Positions 55,646 to 62,747 of a stretch of DNA of 64,000 bases are shown one piece after another. The stretch lies in assembly GCA_903878805.1 (NCBI GenBank), contig CAIRJF010000032.1, positions 1,584 through 65,583 of the forward strand. Reading direction: 5' to 3'. The notes beneath the pieces are model-generated. The model made no database searches. It was given only the letters and a program-made list of their open reading frames with translations, and was not told where the DNA came from. Within the stretch, counting starts at the first letter, position 1; each line of letters starts with the position of its first letter. The stretch comes from an uncultured Verrucomicrobia subdivision 3 bacterium (GTDB lineage Bacteria > Verrucomicrobiota > Verrucomicrobiia > Limisphaerales > UBA11358). The position numbers were made by a program, and so were the translations under genes.

Positions 55646-56236
55646 ATGGAAAAGAACCGGCTCGAAGCCTTCAGCGACGGCGTCATCGCCATCATCATCA
55701 CCATCATGGTGCTGGAGTTGCACGTCCCCGCGCACGCTGACGGACTGGCCGATTTGAAGCCGTTGATTCCCGTGCTGCTGAGCTATCTGTTGAGCTTCAT
55801 CTACGTTGGAATTTACTGGAACAATCATCATCACATGTTCCAATCCACGGAAAAAGTCACCGGCGGCATCTTATGGGCGAACTTACATCTCCTCTTCTGG
55901 CTTTCGCTGTTTCCATTCGCCACCTCATGGGTCGGGGCGAATCACCTCGCGCCCGCGCCCACGGCGATTTACGCTGCGGTGCTGCTTATGGCGGCTATTG
56001 CGTATTACATTTTGGAACACGCTATCATTCGGAATGAAGGCAAAGATTCACTGCTCGCGCGTGCCATCGGCAATCGCTGGAAAGAAAATATTTCCCCGCT
56101 CTGCTATCTCGCGGCCATTCCGCTGGCGTTCGTGAGTCCATATATTTCGCACGCGCTCTTCGTCTTCGTCGCCATTCTCTGGCTCGTGCCGGACCGCCGT
56201 ATCGAACGCGCACTGAAGGAACACGAGCCGAAATGA
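55646..56236 (+). CDS. TMEM175-family (DUF1211) potassium channel-like membrane protein
   Basis: RLEAFSDGVIAIIITIMVLEL signature helix plus five further TM helices. ATG 55646 preferred over the upstream track start. Confidence 0.8.
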   Translation: MEKNRLEAFSDGVIAIIITIMVLELHVPAHADGLADLKPLIPVLLSYLLSFIYVGIYWNNHHHMFQSTEKVTGGILWANLHLLFWLSLFPFATSWVGANHLAPAPTAIYAAVLLMAAIAYYILEHAIIRNEGKDSLLARAIGNRWKENISPLCYLAAIPLAFVSPYISHALFVFVAILWLVPDRRIERALKEHEPK

Positions 56237-56239
56237 TCG

Positions 56240-57832
56240 CTACGAGATGTTCAGCCAGACCGTCTTCAAATACGCCGGCTCCTCGCGGCTTACTGGAAAA
56301 TCCGGCGGCTGCGGAACGTAATGCCGTTGGCGAATTTTCCGGTTCGCCGCGCGCACGGCTGCCTCAATCTCTGCGAGAAATTCCTCGGGAGAAAAGTCCG
56401 CCGCATTCGTCGAGGCCAGCAGCACGCCACCGGCTTTGAGGACGGGCAGGGCGGCGGCAACCAGTTTGCCGTAATCTTTTTCCGCGCGGAACGTGCCATG
56501 TTCCTTCGATTGTGAAAACGTCGGCGGGTCGAGCACGATGGCATCGAACGCGCGGCCTTTCTTCGCCAGCCGCCGCAGCCAGTGGAACGTGTCGCCAAAA
56601 ATAAAATCATGCGCCGCCGGATCAAGGCCGTTCAACGCGAAGTTACGTTTGCCCCATTCGAGATATTTTTTGGAGAGGTCAAGGCTCGTCACGCGCGCAC
56701 CTGCCTTGGCCGCACACACGGAAAAGCCGCAGGTGTAGGCAAAACAATTTAGGAGGTGGGAGTTGGCAGATGGAAGTTGGAAAAAATCGGCGGCAACGTG
56801 GCCGGTCACCAATCTTCGCCGATTGTCGCGCTGGTCGAGAAATAATCCGACGGAATAGCCTTCGTTGAAACTGAGCTCGTAGCGGATGCCGTTTTCTAAA
56901 ATTTCAAACCGTTCCGGCGCGGGTTCGCCGAAAACGAGTTGTGGCGAAGCATCCGCCACGTTGGACTTGCGGACGTGACGCGAAAGCATTTTGTGATACG
57001 CGCCGCGCGCGGCAAAAATATTTGCGAGCCGTGCCAATTCTTCATTCTGCTTCACGCTCAAAGGCAATTCCGATTGCGAGAGCAAAAAGTCGCCAAGTTT
57101 TTCCACGAACCAGCCCGGCCAGCCGTCGCTCGCGCCGTGAATCACGCGGAAGGCGTTGGTTATTTCTGGTTCGATGGCGGCGGTGCGGAGCGCAAGTCGC
57201 GGCTCGCCGCCAAAATCCACGGGCGCGAAAAATTTCACGAGCTGGTTGGTGGCCGGGTGCGTGAACTCAATTTCCGCTGCATGCAAATAAACACGCGCGG
57301 ACTCCGTGCCACCGTAAAGTGTGTCGCCCAAAATCGGGAAGCCGCTCTCCGCTGCGTGAACGCGAATCTGATGCGTGCGTCCCGTCAGCGGTTCTGCTGA
57401 CACCATTTTCAACCCGGCGTTGTTGATGGCAAATTTTGCGTCAGAGACTGGCGTGAATTTTGTCTCCGCGATTTCTCCACCTGGACGGCTCGCATATTTC
57501 TCGCCGACGCGAAGCAAAGTGGTTTTAACCGTAAAAGAATTTTTTGGCGCGTTGCCGTCCGTGAGTAAAAAATATTTTTTATGGACGCGGCGTGCGGTGA
57601 ATTGTTCCGTGAGCGATTTGTTGGCAAGCGGCGTTTTGCCGAAGACGAGGACGCCGCTGGTTTCCTTGTCGAGCCGGTGCAAAATCGCGAGCGATGACCA
57701 GCGCGCCTCGCGATGTTTCAGCCAATCGTAAATGCCTTCGCCCGCAAACGGACTCGGCGCGTGTGTGTTCCAGCCGGCGGGTTTGTAAACCACCAGCAGG
57801 TGCTCATCCTCAAAAATCACGCATGGCGGCAT
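56240..57832 (-). CDS. Fusion protein: RluA-family pseudouridine synthase (N) plus RlmI-like class I SAM-dependent RNA methyltransferase (C)
   Basis: N-terminal half: LLVVYKPAG, HRLDKETSGVLVF (catalytic Asp), GRTHQIRVH. C-terminal half: LLNCFAYTCGFSVCAAKAGA (motif I), SLDLSKKYL, FDAIVLDPPTFSQSK (motif IV DPP). Confidence 0.8.
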   Translation of the reverse strand: MPPCVIFEDEHLLVVYKPAGWNTHAPSPFAGEGIYDWLKHREARWSSLAILHRLDKETSGVLVFGKTPLANKSLTEQFTARRVHKKYFLLTDGNAPKNSFTVKTTLLRVGEKYASRPGGEIAETKFTPVSDAKFAINNAGLKMVSAEPLTGRTHQIRVHAAESGFPILGDTLYGGTESARVYLHAAEIEFTHPATNQLVKFFAPVDFGGEPRLALRTAAIEPEITNAFRVIHGASDGWPGWFVEKLGDFLLSQSELPLSVKQNEELARLANIFAARGAYHKMLSRHVRKSNVADASPQLVFGEPAPERFEILENGIRYELSFNEGYSVGLFLDQRDNRRRLVTGHVAADFFQLPSANSHLLNCFAYTCGFSVCAAKAGARVTSLDLSKKYLEWGKRNFALNGLDPAAHDFIFGDTFHWLRRLAKKGRAFDAIVLDPPTFSQSKEHGTFRAEKDYGKLVAAALPVLKAGGVLLASTNAADFSPEEFLAEIEAAVRAANRKIRQRHYVPQPPDFPVSREEPAYLKTVWLNIS

Positions 57833-58219
57833 TCAACTTTTCTTTTTATACATCTGTTCCGGCGTGAGGAGTTGCGGCTCGGTGATCTTGAACTCGCCAT
57901 TTTCAACCGAGCGGAAGAAACAGGAATTGTAACCTTCGTGGCACGCCGGACCGTTCTGCTCGACTTGAATCAGCAGCACGTCGCCATCGCAATCGAACGC
58001 GATATTCTTCACCGTCTGCGTGTTGCCGCTTTCTTCGCCTTTCATCCAAAACTTTTGGCGCGAGCGGCTCCAGAAATGCGTTTTGCCCGTGGCGACGGTG
58101 CTTTCGAGCGACGCGCGGTTCATCCACGCCATCATCACGACGCGGCCGGTTTTCTTTTCCTGAATGATCGCGGGAATTAAACCTTGCGCGTCAAATTTCA
58201 ATTTGTCGAAGAAACTCAT
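57833..58219 (-). CDS. hisI: Phosphoribosyl-AMP cyclohydrolase
   Basis: GLIPAIIQE, VVMMAWMNRASL, THFWSRSRQKFWMKGEESGN, DCDGDVLLIQVEQ. Confidence 0.9.
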   Translation of the reverse strand: MSFFDKLKFDAQGLIPAIIQEKKTGRVVMMAWMNRASLESTVATGKTHFWSRSRQKFWMKGEESGNTQTVKNIAFDCDGDVLLIQVEQNGPACHEGYNSCFFRSVENGEFKITEPQLLTPEQMYKKKS

Positions 58220-58270
58220 GGCCGCATTTCACCAGAAAAAAACTTTTTGCACAAAGCGGAATTTGCGGGA

Positions 58271-59347
58271 TTACTGCGGCTTTTGCTCGCGCAACGGCGG
58301 CGGCACGGCCAGCAGGTTGGTGGACAGGTTGGGCAGGTTGGTGGCATCAGCCGCACTGCCGGGCGCCAGTGGCGGAATCATTTTCAGCAGGTTGGTTTCC
58401 GTTGCCGTCTCCGCGTTCGTGTCGGGATGCTCGTGATCCACGAGCGAACGCAGAAGCTGTTGCTTCATGCCGAGAAACGCCTCATTGGTCACGGCGGCGA
58501 GATGGTTGCTGGCCTCCGCAAAAAATCCCGCGTAGGTGTCCACGCGCGCGAGGTGCAGCTCCACACCCTGCCGCTCGGCGTCGGTGTGCGCGACCTTCAT
58601 CGCCAAGTTCCACGCGGCGAGCGCGTCGTTTGTGCGCATGGGCTTGATGCCGTAATAACTTTCCGCGTAGTCGGTCGCGAGCGTGAAATTTTCCGGCGCA
58701 AGCTGCATCGCCTGTTTGTAAAGTCCCAGCGCTTTGTCAAAAACCTGCTGCTCGTCGAGGTGATAAAATTCCCGCGCGTCTTTGCGGAACAGATAAACCG
58801 TCGTGGCGAAATTTTGGTAATACACCGGCTCGTCCGGTTTGAGCTTGATGGCCTGCGCGTAATACTCGAACGCCTTCGTCACCGGACTGTGCTCGCCGTA
58901 ATAATTCGCGAGGTTGTTCCACACGGCGGGATTTTTCGGGTCGAGTTGCATCGAGTTTTCGTATTGCAGATGCGCGGCCTCCTCGTCGCCGATGTCGTTG
59001 AGAAAACTGCCGTAAGCGAGACAGCCGTGCGCGCTGTCGGGATGGCGCGCGAGAAAATTTTCATACGCGGTGCGCACGCGGTCGAGCCGCGCCTTGATGC
59101 GTTCGTTCAACACCGCCGATTCCGCCGCCTTGTTCGTGCTCGATTGCGAATCGAAGTTGCGTAGCCATTCATTTACCTCATCTTGCGCCGCGTCATCCGC
59201 CATCATCACCTCGCGCAATTCCTTTTCCGCCGGGTCGGCGGCGACCGTGATGGCCACGCCGGTCTGCTGCTGGATGACATTACTGACGGCGAGCGGCTGG
59301 TTGGTGGCCAGCAGCGCGCCGAGCAATCCGATGGTGAGATCGTTCAC
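58271..59347 (-). CDS. Secreted TPR repeat protein
   Basis: N-terminal hydrophobic signal. Repeated AxxxYxxAlxxxP TPR-like units (..AVWNNLANYYGEHSPVTKAFEYYAQAIKLKPDEPVYYQNFA..). Confidence 0.65.
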   Translation of the reverse strand: MNDLTIGLLGALLATNQPLAVSNVIQQQTGVAITVAADPAEKELREVMMADDAAQDEVNEWLRNFDSQSSTNKAAESAVLNERIKARLDRVRTAYENFLARHPDSAHGCLAYGSFLNDIGDEEAAHLQYENSMQLDPKNPAVWNNLANYYGEHSPVTKAFEYYAQAIKLKPDEPVYYQNFATTVYLFRKDAREFYHLDEQQVFDKALGLYKQAMQLAPENFTLATDYAESYYGIKPMRTNDALAAWNLAMKVAHTDAERQGVELHLARVDTYAGFFAEASNHLAAVTNEAFLGMKQQLLRSLVDHEHPDTNAETATETNLLKMIPPLAPGSAADATNLPNLSTNLLAVPPPLREQKPQ

Positions 59348-59428
59348 GGTTTCAAGTTATCAATTCCAAAAGCAAAAGACAGAATTACCACCAGTGGACA
59401 CAAATGTTTCCGTCGCGTTCAGACAAAC

Positions 59429-59884
59429 TCATTTCACCAAATCATGCGGGTCGAACTTGAAAACGTAATACACCGCCTGATTCGTGCCGATGTTTTTCAA
59501 GCCGTGCAATTCGTTGGACGCTTCAAAAATGATGCCGCCCGCCGTCACGATGTTCGTCTTGTCGCCCTGCAACGCCGCGAGCGTGCCTTCGCGGATCACC
59601 ATCAACTCCTCATCAGCGTGCCGGTGCGGCGGATGCGGCGATTCGCCCGGATTGAGCGTTGTGATGTGGCACTCGAAATTGCCGAGCGTTGGCGTGGGCG
59701 CATTGAAGACCGTGCGGCGCTCGCCCTGTTTTGTCGGCACAGCCTTGAGGTCGGCCCAGTTGAAGATGCATGAATGCATCACCGGTTTGACGGCGGCGGA
59801 TTGCGCGAACGCCATGCCCGCGACGGCCACGAAAATGGAAATGGTAGCCACGACCACGTCTCGACGGGTGATTTTCATGAACAC
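59429..59884 (-). CDS. Secreted cupin-domain protein
   Basis: Signal peptide ..ATISIFVAVAGMAFAQ. Cupin motifs GESPHPPHRHADEELMVIREG and HGLKNIG. Confidence 0.75.
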   Translation of the reverse strand: MFMKITRRDVVVATISIFVAVAGMAFAQSAAVKPVMHSCIFNWADLKAVPTKQGERRTVFNAPTPTLGNFECHITTLNPGESPHPPHRHADEELMVIREGTLAALQGDKTNIVTAGGIIFEASNELHGLKNIGTNQAVYYVFKFDPHDLVK

Positions 59885-60228
59885 ATTTCCGCCGCAAACG
59901 GGAGTGGAGTCAAGCGGACAAATATTCGAGGCGCTACGCGAAATTTATTTCGCGGCAAACCCAGCCGCCATGACATCGAAGACGGTTTTCGAGACCTCGG
60001 AAAGCCCGTTCGACGCATCGAAAATGAAATCCGATGCGTCGAAAAGGGTTTTCGATGTTAGGGAATTTGCGGAAAAGCCAATAAAACCTCCGTTTTAGGT
60101 AAAAAAGCACGCCGGAGTCGGAAAAAACAATTCCGCAGCCTCGCGCACCCAGAACCGCACCCGCTCTTCCGCATCATTCCCGGCAAAGTGCGCGAGTGGG
60201 AGAAGGTTTGAAGTCGCGGAGCGACGAA

Positions 60229-60393
60229 AGATAGTAGCCCACGGTGAAGCCGTGGGTAAATTGCGCCCGACATAACAAGCTCCGGCAGGAGCGACCGAGC
60301 GAAATTGTTTTGTGCGATTATTTTCTTTCGCCCCTGCCGGGGCTGGTGATTTTTGTAGGACTAAACCCACGGTTTCACCGTGGGCTACTATCT
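60229..60393. repeat. Nested inverted-repeat element (MITE-like or structured RNA), 165 nt
   Basis: Outer arms 60229-60257 agatagtagcccacggtgaagccgtgggt and 60365-60393 (reverse complement identical at 28 of 29 positions). Each arm contains its own cccacgg/ccgtggg hairpin. Inner arms 60279-60294 and 60328-60343 are complementary at 14 of 16 positions. Confidence 0.75.
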
Positions 60394-60453
60394 GCCGCGT
60401 CTCCGGCGCTGAACGCGGGAAATTTGTGAAGTGATTTACAAGTAAGTCAGAAG

Positions 60454-60798
60454 TTAGTGCGAACCTTTTTGTTCCATTGGCATTACTTGCACAATATAAA
60501 ATACGAAAACCGGTGGCTTTGAATTTGTGACAATGCTCTTCAAATCCGATAGTTCCGCTTTAGTTTCAACCCAGCCTGACACAACAAAACACCCGTTATG
60601 ACCTGTTCCCGCTCCAAATTTTACGTTCCGAAATTCAGGATGAGAAGTCGTTATCTTTTCAAGCAAAAGCGCGTGGTTTTTTGCCAAGCCCATATGCCAA
60701 CTTTGCACAATTGAATTTTCACCAAATAAAATCCAACAAAGAAAAAAGGCTGCAATGATTGAGCTATAAATAATTCTGATTTTGTTGTTTTTGCTCAT
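60454..60798 (-). CDS. Hypothetical membrane-anchored protein, AT-rich orphan
   Basis: MSKNNKIRIIYSSIIAAFFLCWILFG (TM) followed by an about 85-aa domain. Visibly lower G+C than the flanks. Lies 6 nt downstream of the hexapeptide-repeat gene. Confidence 0.5.
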   Translation of the reverse strand: MSKNNKIRIIYSSIIAAFFLCWILFGENSIVQSWHMGLAKNHALLLEKITTSHPEFRNVKFGAGTGHNGCFVVSGWVETKAELSDLKSIVTNSKPPVFVFYIVQVMPMEQKGSH

Positions 60799-60804
60799 GG
60801 CGAT

Positions 60805-61488
60805 TTAATTTCCCCTCGGCCGTTTGACGACGACTTCAACCCCTGCCTTGTTCTTCGCAATCATGTTCGCGGGCAGGATGCCGCGCCAGAAAACGTTCGG
60901 GTAAATCACCGCGCCGCGTTCGAGGATGCTGCCGGGGTTCAGCACGGCGTTGCAGCCCACTTCCGCGCCGTCGCCCAGCAGCGCGCCGAATTTCCGCAGG
61001 CCGGTGTCGTGCGTCGCGCCGTTCACATCAATCGCGATGTTGCCGGGAAATAATTTCACGTTGGAAATCTTCGCGCCCGCGCCGAGGTGCGCTTTGTGGC
61101 CGAGAATGGAATCGCCGACGTAATTGTAATGCGGCACTTGCGCGCCGTTGAAGAGCAGGGCGTTCTTGAGCTCGCTCGCATTGCCGACGACGCAATTGTC
61201 GCCGATGATGACGTTCTCGCGGATGTAGGCGTTGTGGCGGATCTGACAATTCTTCCCGATGATGGCGGGACCTTTAATCATCGCGCCAGGTTCGACCACC
61301 GTGCCCGCGCCGATGATGACGCGTTCGCCGATGCTTGCGCCGGGAAAGCGCGGCGGGGGAGTTTGCTTGGTGATTTTGGCGAGGTAGCTTTCGATTTTTT
61401 TGAGCGCGTCCCACGCGAATTCGCTGCCGTCAAAAAGCGCGGCGTGTTCCGTCTGCGTGAGGTCGAAAAGGTCTTCGGCTTTGAACAT
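60805..61488 (-). CDS. Left-handed beta-helix (hexapeptide-repeat) transferase, GlmU C-terminal-like
   Basis: Repeated [LIV]G-x4 hexapeptides: IGERVIIGAGTVVEPGAMIKGPAIIGKNCQIRHNAYIRENVIIGDNCVVGN..HLGAGAKISN.. No nucleotidyltransferase domain. Confidence 0.7.
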   Translation of the reverse strand: MFKAEDLFDLTQTEHAALFDGSEFAWDALKKIESYLAKITKQTPPPRFPGASIGERVIIGAGTVVEPGAMIKGPAIIGKNCQIRHNAYIRENVIIGDNCVVGNASELKNALLFNGAQVPHYNYVGDSILGHKAHLGAGAKISNVKLFPGNIAIDVNGATHDTGLRKFGALLGDGAEVGCNAVLNPGSILERGAVIYPNVFWRGILPANMIAKNKAGVEVVVKRPRGN

Positions 61489-61718
61489 GGTGAAAAACTA
61501 GAGGAAATCTCCGCGCGGGCAAAGGGAAATGGCGCGCGTCCACTTGCAGGACACCGCCGGATGTTTTTGGGACACTTGGGATTGGTCGCTTTTGAAATCA
61601 GGACAAAAACTTTGGCGAATAATTTTTTTCTGGAAAATAAATCCGTTGGCTTGGGATGTGCTCAATAAATCCCAAAGTGGTTGCCGGTTTGGCCGACAAC
61701 AACCAAACCAAAATCAGT

Positions 61719-62690
61719 ATGGCACTTAAATTTCAATTCCAATTCGCCGGGGTGAATTTCAGCCGCCCAAGTTCGCCTTATCGGAAATGGCTCCGCATCA
61801 CGCTGATGACGCTGGCGGCGGTCGTATCGGTGCTGGCGTATTGGGAATACCTTGAACATTTGACGCACCGCCGTCGGCCTGCGGTGGCGCAAAGCGCGGT
61901 GGCGGCACCCAAGCCGGCCACGGTCACGCCAGCCAAATCCACGGACTCGGATGCTTCACCCGCTTCGCCCTCGTTAAAAAAAGCCGCCGGTGAAAGTTTG
62001 CTGGCCATGGGAAATTATTTGATGCAGTCGGCAAAAACGGCTTCCGACACCGCCGTGGCGACAACTGTTCCCGCCCAGCCGATGTCCGCGCCTGCGCCCG
62101 CAACCACTCCTTATATCGTTGCTGCCCCGATCATTCAATCCGCGCCAACTCCGCACCAGTATCGGGTGCATACGGATCAGGAACGGTTGTTGATGGCCGG
62201 TCAGACCGCCTTCGACAATGTGATGGACTCGGCCAACAAGTATCCCGACGCCTATGGATTTCAGGACGGCGATTTTCTTTCCAGCGCCAAACTCGGCGAT
62301 CCGATACCGGTCTATACTATTCAGGAAAACGACCGGGCAAATTACCAGCGCGGACAGGAACTCAAGCCGTTGCTCAAGCCGGCCAAGCAATGGATGTTTC
62401 CTGTCATGATGGGCGACCGCATTTGCTGCATGGTCGAGGTGCGGCAACACGGGCGCGAATATGTTCCTGGCTCCGGCAACAAATCACTGGCGCTGGCGTG
62501 GAATAAAATCATGGAAAAATGGCCGGTGGAAGATGGCTATCATCCGATGCTCGTGGTCAACCCGGACGTGCCCGGATTTTATTTCACCGTGCCGGAGCTG
62601 CCGCAGCAAAACATCACGGACACGATTGAAATGTTCTATTTCCATCCCGGCCTTTCCCCGGCAGACGTGATTCTCGCAAGCTGGCGCTGA
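61719..62690 (+). CDS. Hypothetical membrane-anchored protein with Ala/Pro-rich linker
   Basis: ATG 61719. TM helix WLRITLMTLAAVVSVLAYW, a low-complexity A/P/S/T linker and an about 180-aa C-terminal globular region. No family recognised. Confidence 0.5.
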   Translation: MALKFQFQFAGVNFSRPSSPYRKWLRITLMTLAAVVSVLAYWEYLEHLTHRRRPAVAQSAVAAPKPATVTPAKSTDSDASPASPSLKKAAGESLLAMGNYLMQSAKTASDTAVATTVPAQPMSAPAPATTPYIVAAPIIQSAPTPHQYRVHTDQERLLMAGQTAFDNVMDSANKYPDAYGFQDGDFLSSAKLGDPIPVYTIQENDRANYQRGQELKPLLKPAKQWMFPVMMGDRICCMVEVRQHGREYVPGSGNKSLALAWNKIMEKWPVEDGYHPMLVVNPDVPGFYFTVPELPQQNITDTIEMFYFHPGLSPADVILASWR

Positions 62691-62747
62691 AAGTTTTTTT
62701 CGGCGGGCGTGTTTGCAGCATGGCGATTTAATTTCCCCCAAAAAACT

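Noticed and set aside
59655-59675. Sigma-54 promoter-like TGGCAC...TTGC near-matches (here and at about 18070 and 44205)
   Set aside because: This one has the wrong GG-to-GC spacing (off by one), lies inside and antisense to the cupin CDS, and has no downstream gene. The other two lack the TTGC element.
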